63,816 bases of DNA, filler included, from Octopus bimaculoides (GCF_001194135.2; 7 parts of 6 records of this genome joined end to end with filler, not necessarily neighbours in it); one strand, 5' to 3'. Shown: positions 12,701-23,305, numbered from the whole stretch's first letter. Notes: generated from the sequence alone by a model not told the origin. Made by a program: numbers and translations.

Positions 12701-15007
12701 AATNNNNNNNNNNNNNNNNNNNNNNNNNNNNNNNNNNNNNNNNNNNNNNNNNNNNNNNNNNNNNNNNNNNNNNNNNNNNNNNNNNNNNNNNNNNNNNNNN
12801 NNNNNNNNNNNNNNNNNNNNNNNNNNNNNNNNNNNNNNNNNNNNNNNNNNNNNNNNNNNNNNNNNNNNNNNNNNNNNNNNNNNNNNNNNNNNNNNNNNNN
12901 NNNNNNNNNNNNNNNNNNNNNNNNNNNNNNNNNNNNNNNNNNNNNNNNNNNNNNNNNNNNNNNNNNNNNNNNNNNNNNNNNNNNNNNNNNNNNNNNNNNN
13001 NNNNNNNNNNNNNNNNNNNNNNNNNNNNNNNNNNNNNNNNNNNNNNNNNNNNNNNNNNNNNNNNNNNNNNNNNNNNNNNNNNNNNNNNNNNNNNNNNNNN
13101 NNNNNNNNNNNNNNNNNNNNNNNNNNNNNNNNNNNNNNNNNNNNNNNNNNNNNNNNNNNNNNNNNNNNNNNNNNNNNNNNNNNNNNNNNNNNNCCTACCC
13201 ATACATACATGTGCATGCACACACACACACCCACACTCACAGACATACATACCTCTATCTGCATAAAAACCCATCAACTGTTCTACTTTACATGTGTAAA
13301 ATGTGGGTATGGGGGTATGATATCTACGTATATTTCCTATTTAGTATTGGGGAAGTTTCATTTATAAGGACATACTCCCGTATTTGTCTAAGAGTTGGGT
13401 CTTTTGGGTGCTTGGATAAGATGCGGATGTCAAGTTGACCCAAGTTGCCTCCATGCTGGTCTTTGGCATGTTGGTAGAGTATGGAGGACTGTTTTTTGTC
13501 ATCATATTGTCTCATATGTTCGTTTAGCCGTTCCGCAATGCTCCTAGAAGTTTCACCTATACATGTCATATGTTTATATTAGTTTAATGAATAGTTAACT
13601 AAAAGAAGCTCTGTCCAAATGACAGCTACAACACAATGTCTTCTCTCATTTTTATAGGAAACAATGTAAGTAAAAATTTGCCTTTCTTTGCAAAGTATGT
13701 GCACATCCATTAATTATACATCTTTAATTAAAAACATTCAATTTTGAAGTCCTTATGTAAGCACATTTTTCTTTAGTGTGCTCATTATAAAATGTGTACA
13801 CACGTGCAAAGAGTTGTTTTTGCTTACAGAGAAATGGGCTGCATAAACCTACTTTTTCTACAAGATGACATATTCCGTGAATATGTGCTGTCATCATTGT
13901 TTTTTAGCAGCTAGTTTTCTGCTTGAATGGATCAGATGAAATTTGTTGAAGATTTTCTTTCTGTAGCCAAGCCCCCACCTGTTTCCAAGTAAAGTAATAT
14001 TTCCTTCAATCCTTTGAGCATAAACAGAACAATGGCTGGACATGATTTCATGGAAGATTGCAAACTAACAATACCACTTGTATGATGGTAATACCTTTTA
14101 CAACTAGCACATGACATCAAGACAAAGAGACATGAACACATACATGACAGACTCCTGTCAGTTTCTGTTTATGCTTATAAGAGCAAAAGATTTAAATATC
14201 TTTCTATAACTATATTGAAAGGACTTCCTCAATGTTAACTATGTAGGTTGCAAAAATGGTAAAATAACTTCAAATATAAAATGAAATGTCATAGGATAGG
14301 AATGCTTACTTTGATTCCAGGACCTCTCCACGACTAATTTTGTCATCAATTATGATTTTTTTCTTGGCAATATTAGCAGTAGTTGGGAAATTCCTGAAAA
14401 CAATAAATTTTAAATTGAATTTTTTAAATTGTGTCAACTTGCAAAAGCTAATTAATTACAGTCTAATTACTATCATTCATCTTAACTACAAAAAAAATGC
14501 TATTAGTTTACAGAGTAGTTAAAAGTTTCTCATTTATAAGAAATGAATCATAGAGTTCTATGATCCAATAGCTTTAAATAGATGCTTTGCAGGGAATATA
14601 ATTATAAATATTCTAATTGATAGAGAAGGCAGTATTGCTTTAGTAAAAAATCAACTGCAAATAATTATAGAAAATAGCACACAATATCTAAGTTATTCAA
14701 GTAATACCAACGATGTGCTGGGTCTAAACATACAATAACACATAAGAACTCTAGCATTGTAAAGTGCATTTTACTGCACCCTATGATGCTAAAGTTGTAA
14801 TGTCTCACTGTAATCAATATGGAATTAACCACTTGTTAGGTACATTCAATGCACCTAATTAGTGCTTTGAGTCTGTATTCTTTAAAGTCTGTCTCTTTTA
14901 AAGACAGGCTTAACTGTATTTTACCGTTTCCTTTCTGCAATCCATTTCTCAATTTCTTCCTGGGATTCCATGTTCCATATTTTTTTAGCAAGTCCTGTAT
15001 CATGATG
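2772..15007 (-). CDS. NUFIP1: NUFIP1 gene, 3' portion (multi-exon, 5' exons missing)
   Basis: Manually spliced GT-AG exons keep phase: HHDTGLAKKIWNMESQEEIEKWIAERKR-NFPTTANIAKKK...SRGEVLESK...SSSLDLLVNNYNSD...RIRPTLLEK-LLAKEIRHERNIILQCTHYIVENNFF. These match recalled NUFIP1/Rsa1 motifs (EEIxxWREERRKNYPT; LLEMLLAPDIRHERNVILQCVRYI). Confidence 0.9.
3290..4377 (+). mobile_element. R4/Dong-type non-LTR retrotransposon fragment (RT C-terminus and RLE endonuclease)
   Basis: KTKKLLTVHGEFHPKRDVDRL, TEALICATQEQALRTDYIK, HDNVSRMVHWELC, KILSDFMIQ.D.RI...IVVVDK. Ends in an AAT tract. Confidence 0.85.
4405..4490 (-). mobile_element. SINE family B head fragment
   Basis: Reverse complement resembles GGCGGCGAGCTGGCAGAA...TTAGCA...TTCTGAGTTCAA, as at 34212. 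Confidence 0.6.
4502..5097 (+). mobile_element. Non-coding ~570-bp interspersed element bounded by (AAT)n on both sides
   Basis: AAT tracts at about 4491-4501 and 5071-5097. ~29-bp 5' unit duplicated. Second partial copy at 677. No ORF. Confidence 0.7.
5100..6540 (+). mobile_element. R4/Dong-type non-LTR retrotransposon, 5'-truncated pseudogene (RT end, CCHC knuckle, PD-(D/E)xK RLE)
   Basis: KYLAILEYDKIKE, MDRKIRKVMT, MHGQYFR, YRICGSKNETISHIVSKC, YKRRHD, RADIVI, IIDIVIPG...KEK.KY..L..EIARMW, VIPVAVGALG. Confidence 0.9.
6725..6843 (-). CDS. NUFIP1: NUFIP1 exon (ENNVPLKKKHAKLLKLPEFPKPPWESRVFLRIRPTLLEK)
   Basis: Acceptor TTTCTTTAG(CAG), donor AG|GTAAAC, phase 1 to 0. Ends in PTLLEK, which joins LLAKEIRHERN. 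Confidence 0.85.
8810..8940 (-). mobile_element. Possible piggyBac-like non-autonomous element end
   Basis: Ends AAAGGGTTAA (CCCTTT terminus plus TTAA target). The other end was not identified. Confidence 0.3.
9095..9166 (-). CDS. NUFIP1: NUFIP1 exon (SDQHSSSLDLLVNNYNSDNPEQD)
   Basis: Acceptor TTTTTCTTCTAG, donor G|GTAAGT, 72 nt, phase 1-1. Resembles the NUFIP1 LxxLxxxYxSDS segment. Confidence 0.8.
9880..9935 (+). mobile_element. Family C (RTE-type) 3' tail fragment
   Basis: CCATCCAACCCAAGCCAGCATGGAAGGCAGACATTAAA followed by a (GAT)-like tail. Same tail lies reversed at 15841 and 23946. Confidence 0.65.
9965..10009 (-). CDS. NUFIP1: Probable NUFIP1 exon (RLAQEMYEKSKLLQ)
   Basis: Acceptor GATTTTAG, donor AG|GTAAAC, 45 nt. 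Only the phase 1-1 frame is open. No motif support. Confidence 0.5.
10570..11015 (+). mobile_element. RTE-clade LINE endonuclease fragment in a NUFIP1 intron (antisense)
   Basis: DKVIEVVRVCNRLL...TYAP and MEFCDANNLMIYNTNFRKP...SQIDYIL are APE-domain motifs. Confidence 0.8.
11089..11127 (-). CDS. NUFIP1: Possible NUFIP1 cassette exon (GTSPHFNIPCSQ)
   Basis: Pyrimidine tract plus TAG/CAG tandem acceptor, weaker donor AG|GTAGTG, 39 nt, phase 1-1. Confidence 0.3.
11354..11414 (-). CDS. NUFIP1: Probable NUFIP1 exon (NQSYHSSDKTVDNDTSNLKN)
   Basis: Acceptor TTTTGTTCATTTAG, donor G|GTAAGA, 61 nt, phase 0 to 1. Supplies the phase change needed between flanking exons. Confidence 0.65.
11692..11895 (-). 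repeat. 204-nt fold-back element, copy 1 (candidate intronic ncRNA or MITE)
   Basis: 195/204 identical to 13996-14199. Perfect 13-bp internal inverted repeat AGCATAAACAGAA/TTCTGTTTATGCT. Confidence 0.9.
11990..12190 (-). mobile_element. SINE family A, degenerate
   Basis: Reverse complement shows CATGGCTGT...CACATGGATCGAGGTTTAATC...CCAAGTGTCTT, like the head of 24645. Confidence 0.6.
12387..12468 (-). CDS. NUFIP1: Probable NUFIP1 exon (SFHHRPGMPRGKHRYSQTKHLKRRFRK)
   Basis: Acceptor TTTCTTTTAAG, weak donor AG|GTTTTC, phase 2 to 0. Basic R/K-rich segment at the expected position. Confidence 0.6.
13290..13569 (-). mobile_element. GIY-YIG endonuclease fragment, Penelope-like element
   Basis: (Y>C)IGETSRSIAERLNEH...SILYQH...H...RQIRE.VLI...PILN is the C-terminal half of a PLE-type GIY-YIG domain. 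Confidence 0.75.
13996..14199 (-). repeat. 204-nt fold-back element, copy 2
   Basis: Same orientation as copy 1, 9 substitutions, no indels. Confidence 0.9.
14310..14393 (-). CDS. NUFIP1: NUFIP1 exon (NFPTTANIAKKKIIIDDKISRGEVLES)
   Basis: Acceptor TTGTTTTCAG, donor AA|GTAAGC, 84 nt, phase 2-2. Matches recalled KNYPTLANIERKK...KRGAVL. Confidence 0.9.
14925..15007 (-). CDS. NUFIP1: NUFIP1 exon (HHDTGLAKKIWNMESQEEIEKWIAERK), most 5' exon found
   Basis: Acceptor TTTTATATTTCAG, donor CG|GTAAAA, 83 nt, phase 0 to 2. Matches recalled TPEEIARWREERRK. Confidence 0.87.
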
Positions 15008-15431
15008 CTGAAATATAAAATAAAACAGATTAAATGAGTTTCACGTAAAGTCAAATCTTTATGAGCCAGTATATCGTCAGTAAAAACTGTGTGGCATATG
15101 AAAAAAAAAAAAAAAAAGCCAGCCCAAGGGAGCCAACTTTGTCTGCAATATTAAGAAGTATATGTAGAAGGAATAAACAAAAGAAACCAAAAGGAAACTG
15201 AACCTGTATCAACAAATTTTCCTTACCATTTCACTATAAAACTTATTCAGAGCAGGATATACTCATAGACAAAGAGTTCAGGACAAGAAATATAGATTAT
15301 CAAACAATGATCAACAATGTAGTCAGTGAAAGGTTTTCACTGCTGTACATTTCTGAGATCCATTGCAAATATCAGAAATTATCTACTACTTAAAATCATG
15401 AAAATATATATATATTTATATTATATACACA

Positions 15432-15666
15432 CAGACGGTTGGCCAAAAGTCACCCGAAAGTAAATCAAAATTCCATAAATAATATCTGTAATTCTGTATT
15501 TACTTAAATGGGGATAATGTGTCATTCAAGAGGACTTCAGTTTGAACAATTTTCATGATATTTCATATTTAGATGCTTTTATTAAATTCATTCAGTTATT
15601 GAACATAGATAAATCTTGGAATTAGATGGTTTTGATTTACTGTCAGGTGACTTTTGGCCAACCCTG
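15432..15666. mobile_element. Tc1/mariner-type MITE
   Basis: ~36-bp TIRs (GGTTGGCCAAAAGTCACC.GA.AGTAAATCAAA). Right end CCCTG|TA. Non-coding AT-rich interior. Confidence 0.85.
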
Positions 15667-15720
<54 letters not shown>

Positions 15721-15837
15721 TGGTGTCCAAAATTTATAAAAGCTGTTTTGGTACAGTTTTACTGATGTATTCATCTTACCTGTTTAAAATTTTACCTGAA
15801 GTTGGTGGATTGTATGTTATAATGTAATTTATGAATA

Positions 15838-16190
15838 CATCATCATCATCATCATCATCGTTTAACGTCCGCTTTCCATGCTAGCATGGGTTGGACGATT
15901 TGACTGAGGACTGGTGAAACCGGATGGCAACACCAGGCTCCAGTCTGATTTGGCAGAGTTTCTACAGCTGGATGCCCTTCCTAACGCCAACCACTCAGAG
16001 AGTGTAGTGGGTGCTTTTACGTGTCACCCGCACGAAAACGGCCACGCTCGAAATGGTGTCTTTTATGTGCCACCCGCACAAGCCAGTCCAGGGGCACTGG
16101 CAACGATCTTGCTCGAAAATCCTACAGGAGCCAGTCAGGCGGTACTGGCAACGGCCACGCTCAAAATGGTCGGTACTGGCAACGGATCAA
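15838..16190 (-). mobile_element. Family C retroelement tail with (GAT)n end
   Basis: (CAT)n-CGTTTAACGTCCGC...GCTGGATGCCCTTCC, shared with 23946 and 28100. Confidence 0.8.
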
Positions 16191-18153
16191 TTAAATTCTA
16201 CCAGAACAACTGTTGTAAATTTTAAACTCTGTTTGTGTTCTCTTTTTATACCTATGCCACACCTGGAACCAAACACAAGAGTTGGATCTATGGTTTAACT
16301 TGTATTTGGTACTAACATATCTACAATAACCTGCCAAAACTTGATACTTTCACTATTATTTACCTAACCATGAACTCATATTATTTAATGTACCTAACCA
16401 TGTCTTGCATCCTATATATTGATATGCCTAGATTTTACTGAATCATATCTAATAAATGTGAAAATTTGTGTGTCAGTGTGTCACACAGACCCCACTCTCT
16501 CACTATTCAATGACACTCCTACTATTCCTCATGATGCGGTGAGAGTAATAATAGGCAGAGACGGTGAGGGCAGTGGTGAAGACAGAGACAGAGAGAAAGA
16601 AAAAGAGAGAGAGAAATAGAGAAATTTAGGAAGAGCTGATGTTTTATTAAAAATAATAGTGCTGATGGTAGCAGCGGGAGTAATAATATGAGAGAGAGGA
16701 AGAGTGGGTATGTGAGAGAAAGAGGGAAATGATGTACGACTGTGTTTAATCATGTCTCTTTGATAGAAATTCCTNNNNNNNNNNNNNNNNNNNNNNNNNN
16801 NNNNNNNNNNNNNNNNNNNNNNNNNNNNNNNNNNNNNNNNNNNNNNNNNNNNNNNNNNNNNNNNNNNNNNNNNNGAAAATTCTTAAAGATTCATACTCTG
16901 TTTCTCTATGAATTACCAAGAAAAACATTTGGAAAAAAGTAAAAATGAAGAAATTGGGGCAGGGAGGGAGAAATTTTAAATATTGAGAACGTGTTTTTTT
17001 GGGCAAAATCCTAATCTCCTGTATCAAAAAACAAAGGAATTGGAAGAAATTTAGGAACAAAAATAAGTGGTGGGATGCAAATGTCACTTCAGACATGCTA
17101 AAAACAACAGGTAAAGGACTGGATTTCTGGGAAAACTTCCTTTTAAGTTTATATCGAAGATCAGGTTTTTAAATACGCTAATCACAAACACAAATGACAA
17201 TACAGAATGGTCAATTCAATTGGATTTGAGCTGTAATTTTGCGCATGCACACAGCAAGAAATAATTTGTACAGAAGTTTTACCTAGAGTGTGTGTGTTAA
17301 CACAAGAAGTTATTTTATGGCATTCTTTCGTTTGAAGCAGCAAGTTGTCAACTTGATCGTATGGGATCAAAAGATTGTTCGTTAATTTCTGAGAAATTTT
17401 TTTTATTTCTTTATGCTTTGAAGAGAGCAGAAAGTGAAAAGGCAAAATTTGATTTGAAGTGAGAGCAGAAAGTGAAAGAGAAGAGAAAGTGAAAGATGTG
17501 TGTGTGTGAGAGTGAGCGAAGGTGTGTATTGTCCTGTATGTAGTTTTTTGCATGTATAAGTGGCTCTCTCTCTCTTTCTCTCACACACACACAGATATTT
17601 CATACACATGTACATAAATATGCATACATCTTTTTTGTATGTGTGTGTGTGCATGCGAGAGTGAGTGACTGTATTTCCTCATAACATATAGAGAAATGGA
17701 TATCTTTTAATGAAATTTTTTTGGTTATGGTTTATTCTAATACAATATGTATCTATGTATGAACTTTTCTTTGGAGTTATGTATCTGCTGTCTCTCTCAC
17801 TTTCTCTCTTTCACTTCCTTTGTGTCCCTCTCCCGCTTTTGATTTAACAATATATGTATCTATGTATCTAATTCTCTTGCGATGTGATAAACATTTAAAA
17901 ACACAAAATGAACGCCGTCACCACTCACTGTCTCTTTCTCACTCTCTGACATCCTCTCTGATACATTTAAAATCACAAAATGAATGCTGCTACCACTCAC
18001 TGTCTCTTTCTCTCTCACCAATAGAATAAGTACTAAGTTTACAAAGAATAAATCCTGGGGTCAATTTCTTCAATTAAAAAACCTTTAAGGCAGTGCTCCA
18101 GCATGATCGTAGCCAGATATATATATGTATCTATCTATCTATATCTATATATA

Positions 18154-18538
18154 TTAAATAACCTTTGCCTTACAGTTAAACCTGGTCAGATTAAATATGC
18201 TACCAGATGTCCGGAATCTGATTCTGATTCCCCTGTTACAATCCTCAAATGCATACCAAAGCAATGTGGCAAAATATATAGAGAAAAGTGTAGGGGCAGG
18301 AATATCTCCCTGTTTTACACCGTTGTCCACTGAAAATTCATCAGATAGATTACCATTAAAAACTACCTGAGCTTTCATGTGCTGTGCAATTTCTCGAAGA
18401 GGCTCACAAAATGTGTCGGGCAACCAAGTTTGCACAAAACAATCCACAGTGCGTCCCTGTTTACCGTGTCAAATGCCTTAGTTAGATCTATAAAAACCTG
18501 GTATAGTGACATTTGTTCCTCTAAACATTTCTCCTGAA
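18154..18538 (-). mobile_element. RTE-clade LINE RT fragment
   Basis: DLTKAFDTV upstream, then NGVKQGDIPAPTLFSIYF...IRFRTSGSIFNL. Cut by the spacer. Confidence 0.9.
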
Positions 18539-18638
18539 NNNNNNNNNNNNNNNNNNNNNNNNNNNNNNNNNNNNNNNNNNNNTTAATTAATTAANNNNNN
18601 NNNNNNNNNNNNNNNNNNNNNNNNNNNNNNNNNNNNNN
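18539..18638. other. Artificial contig-join spacer (44 N + TTAATTAATTAA + 44 N)
   Basis: Identical 100-bp construct six times. The 12-mer has stops in all six frames. Confidence 0.95.
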
Positions 18639-18689
18639 TATATACAGGGGTTGAAATAATGGATGCGTCGCGTTCAATAAAATTTTTTA

Positions 18690-18895
18690 TTTATTTGATT
18701 GTTTCAGTCATTTGACTGTGGTCATGCTGGAGTACCGCCTTTAGTTGAGCACGTCGACTCAGGACTTATTCTTTGTAAGCATAGTACTTATTCTATCGGT
18801 TTCTTTTGCCGAACCGCTAAGTTACGGGGACATAAACACACCAACATCGGTTGTGAAGCGATTTGGTGGGAAAAAACACAGACACACAATTATAT
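18690..18895 (-). mobile_element. SINE family A, 3' half
   Basis: Reverse complement of ...GGCGGTACTCCAGCATGACCACAGTCAAATGACTGAAAC tail plus the core. Confidence 0.85.
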
Positions 18896-20325
18896 ACATA
18901 TGTAGTGGTTAGATGTGTATCATGGTAAGCAGATGCAAAAGGAATGTGTATACCTTTGAAGTAAACAAATGAGTGAATTGATTCATAATTAAAAATAATT
19001 TATTCACTGGACTTGATTTGTCGTTGGTACACATAATTCTTCACTACATGCTACGAGTTGCTAGAAATAGAAACAAGGTACATCTGTGGAAATGATATGT
19101 CAGGAATGAATGTTTTTGTGTGTGTGTAGTTCATCTGAGACAGTAGTCTACCGTAGAAACTTCGAACATTGCTCTGGTCTCTGAGAAAAGCTGTCGTGGC
19201 GTAGACGCTCCTCGTTTGGCTGCTAGGGCCTTCTCTCTTCCCCGTCTGTCTGTTGACCACGTATTTATAACAATTGTGGCAGCTAGAAGGACAGACATAC
19301 TGCAGCACAGTTTGTACCTAAATAGGTCAGCTCCTGTCCTTTTGAACTTCGCCTGACATGGCTGAGGTCGTAGGTCAAAGGGAGATGATCAATTTGACAG
19401 GACAAAGAAAACCTGTTTTCGCGCCTGTTGATCGTGGTGGTTTGGACGACCGAGAATTCTTAGATTCGGTTTCGAATGTAGGCTTGGAGAAGGAAGTGTT
19501 AATTTTTACACATACATACATACATACATACACACACATATAAAGNNNNNNNNNNNNNNNNNNNNNNNNNNNNNNNNNNNNNNNNNNNNNNNNNNNNNNN
19601 NNNNNNNNNNNNNNNNNNNNNNNNNNNNNNNNNNNNNNNNNNNNNNNNNNNNNNNNNNNNNNNNNNNNNNNNNNNNNNNNNNNNNNNNNNNNNNNNNNNN
19701 NNNNNNNNNNNNNNNNNNNNNNNNNNNNNNNNNNNNNNNNNNNNNNNNNNNNNNNNNNNNNNNNNNNNNNNNNNNNNNNNNNNNNNNNNNNNNNNNNNNN
19801 NNNNNNNNNNNNNNNNNNNNNNNNNNNNNNNNNNNNNNNNNNNNNNNNNNNNNNNNNNNNNNNNNNNNNNNNNNNNNNNNNNNNNNNNNNNNNNNNNNNN
19901 NNNNNNNNNNNNNNNNNNNNNNNNNNNNNNNNNNNNNNNNNNNNNNNNNNNNNNNNNNNNNNNNNNNNNNNNNNNNNNNNNNNNNNNNNNNNNNNNNNNN
20001 NNNNNNNNNNNNNNNNNNNNNNNNNNNNNNNNNNNNNNNNNNNNNNNNNNNNNNNNNNNNNNNNNNNNNNNNNNNNNNNNNNNNATGCATGTATGGGTAC
20101 AGGACGTCACCAACAGTAAACAACATGAAATACGTAAACAAACGAGGAAAACGAGTGAAGTATGTAAACGAGAAAAAAATGGAAAACAGGACAAGTAAAC
20201 ACACAGAGAACCACCATCCGCCACACATAACAACGCATCCAGCCCGACAAATAAAGATACACTTTCACACACATACGTACATACATGCATAAAAGCATAC
20301 ATACATGCATAAAAGCATACATACA

Positions 20326-20640
20326 CAAGTGTCTTTTACGATAGCCTCAGGTCGACCAAAGCCTTGTGAGTGGATTTAATAGACATAAACTGAAAGAAGC
20401 CCGTCGTATACACAGGCGCGCGCGCGTGTGAATTTGCGTCTGTGTTTGTCCCCCACCATCGCTTGACAACCGATGTTGATGTGTTTACGTCCCCGTAACG
20501 TAGCGGTTCGGCAAAACAGATCGATAGAATAAGTACTAGGCCTACAAAGAATAAGTCCTGGGGCCGATTTGTTCGACCAAAGTCGGTGCTCCAGCATGGC
20601 CGCAGTCAAATGACTGAAACAAATGAAAGAATAAAGAACA
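20326..20640 (+). mobile_element. SINE family A (head-truncated)
   Basis: CAAGTGTCTT...GACCAAAGCCTTGTGAGTGG...AATAAGTACTAGG...GGTGCTCCAGCATGGCCGCAGTCAAATGACTGAAAC. Confidence 0.9.
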
Positions 20641-20814
20641 AATACATTCTTACACATACGTTTACAGATACTTACATATACAGACAACACACACACACAT
20701 ATACATGCAGATAACACATATATAGATAATTTATTCACACGCATTATCCACACATATACACCCACTATCCACACATGTACGTACACACCTTACATCTTAA
20801 TAACATGCATATAC

Positions 20815-20848
<34 letters not shown>

Positions 20849-21592
20849 NNNNNNNNNNNNNNNNNNNNNNNNNNNNNNNNNNNNNNNNNNNNNNNNNNNN
20901 NNNNNNNNNNNNNNNNNNNNNNNNNNNNNNNNNNNNNNNNNNNNNNNNNNNNNNNNNNNNNNNNNNNNNNNNNNNNNNNNNNNNNNNNNNNNNNNNNNNN
21001 NNNNNNNNNNNNNNNNNNNNNNNNNNNNNNNNNNNNNNNNNNNNNNNNNNNNNNNNNNNNNNNNNNNNNNNNNNNNNNNNNNNNNNNNNNNNNNNNNNNN
21101 NNNNNNNNNNNNNNNNNNNNNNNNNNNNNNNNNNNNNNNNNNNNNNNNNNNNNNNNNNNNNNNNNNNNNNNNNNNNNNNNNNNNNNNNNNNNNNNNNNNN
21201 NNNNNNNNNNNNNNNNNNNNNNNNNNNNNNNNNNNNNNNNNNNNNNNNNNNNNNNNNNNNNNNNNNNNNNNNNNNNNNNNNNNNNNNNNNNNNNNNNNNN
21301 NNNNNNNNNNNNNNNNNNNNNNNNNNNNNNNNNNNNNNNNNNNNNNNNNNNNNNNNNNNNNNNNNNNNNNNNNNNNNNNNNNNNNNNNNNNNNNNNNNNN
21401 NNNNNNNNNNNNNNNNNNNNNNNNNNNNNNNNNNNNNNNNNNNNNNNNNNNNNNNNNNNNNNNNNNNNNNNNNNNNNNNNNNNNNNNNNNNNNNNNNNNN
21501 NNNNNNNNNNNNNNNNNNNNNNNNNNNNNNNNNNNNNNNNNNNNNNNNNNNNNNNNNNNNNNNNNNNNNNNNNNNNNNNNNNNNNNNNNNNN

Positions 21593-21745
21593 AAAAATAT
21601 AATAGGATTTTTAAAAACCTTGAATGGCTAGGAGGGTCCATTTGAGTAAAATAGGAACCAAAGGCTGAACAATGATTGAGAAACACTGGTGTGTTTATAT
21701 ATATATATATATATTCAAGGTTTTTAAAAATCCTATTATATTTTT
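21593..21745. repeat. Perfect 33-bp inverted repeat beside a gap
   Basis: 21593-21625 is the exact reverse complement of 21713-21745. Confidence 0.9.
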
Positions 21746-22225
21746 ATAATTGAATATTATTAGGAATTTTATATTTAAAAAATTGTTAACATAGAAATAT
21801 AACCAATTTATTGCCGATAAATTTTAACAGCAAAATCTTATATGGACCCTGGTCGAGAACCACTGATATACACATAGCAGTCTATACTAACCATCTAGTA
21901 CCACGCACATAAACCCACTTACACTCTCCGTTGCAGACACACATGCACAACGCATCAACAAATGCACGCACACTCGCAAATTATGCTAACACTTATGCAC
22001 CTTATAGCATTCTCAGACACAATGAAACGCATTCTCTCATCTACTGTATGCACGCACAAGCGTACGAAAATAACCCACAACACAACGCAGCATCACGGGA
22101 ACAATTATGCGCCAAACGCACTAAACATAAACGTTTACTCCTTCACTCACGCATATTTCAAACCCGCTGATTATCACATACGATCGCTCACACATATACA
22201 CGCGCAAACGTGCAAGCATTTCACG

Positions 22226-22260
<35 letters not shown>

Positions 22261-23261
22261 ACATAGCTGTTTGCAACACACGCAAATAAATTTGTATGCA
22301 GCCATCACCCACCGAAACACAACATACACCTCACAGGCGCTCGCAAGTTTATGTACTGCTTTATAAACAATGCATATAAATACACACCTGTCTATTCTTC
22401 ATCTCCTCCGTCTACTAAGCACACACTCATTTACACTCACCCTTCGGCCATTGTGTCCTCTGATTGACCTTTTCATTAAAAAAAAAAATTACTTTAACGT
22501 TGACCTCTTCCTCTTTTAAAACGCCAACCATCCACACAGTGACACGCAATTTTCCTGGATTGTATCCCATTACAATATTTCATTTTTGTTCTCAATGAAA
22601 GTCTTTCCCTGTCTTAGATAATCACTACGCTTGTTCACACACAAAAATTTATTTTATTTTGTACATTCACGAAACAGTTGCATGCAAACGCCCGACATTA
22701 TATCACAACACATACATGTTCCTGTTTTAATCTCACGCAAACATAGGCATTCTTCGATCAAAGAATGTAATTTAAATTGCATTCACGCGCTCCACAAAAC
22801 AACGCAAAAGCATGTCACGTTCCTGCGATATGTACCAATATTCATACAGAAGCCCACATTAGTCTCATAAAATTGTTCGCCTGGCCTCACACAGACACAC
22901 GAACACACACGCGGTGCACACATCCAAAACACACTCATACACGTAGCACTTAGCGACGTTGCCCATATATGCATTCACTATGTATACAAACACACACGCA
23001 CATACCTCCCCACATGCGCAAACATATACCATGTCACTTCTACACACATTCAAAAAACACACCCTGTCGCATGTTTTCTACACACATACACACGCATGCA
23101 TACACACACATCTTTAAACAAGCACCTATACACTTTCCAACACCACACTTTTTTTAATGCCATTTTATAGGATGGCGTCATCCCGGGCTAAGACCAATTT
23201 TTTTCTTTCATCACCACTTCGTAAATAACTCCCTCTCTCTCTCTCTCTCTCTCTTGCTCTC

Positions 23262-23305
<44 letters not shown>

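Noticed and set aside
18583-18594. TTAATTAATTAA recurring six times between N runs, superficially a conserved motif or repeat array
   Set aside because: It is always centred in exactly 44+44 N and has stops in all frames, so it is an assembly linker. No inference across these joins is safe.
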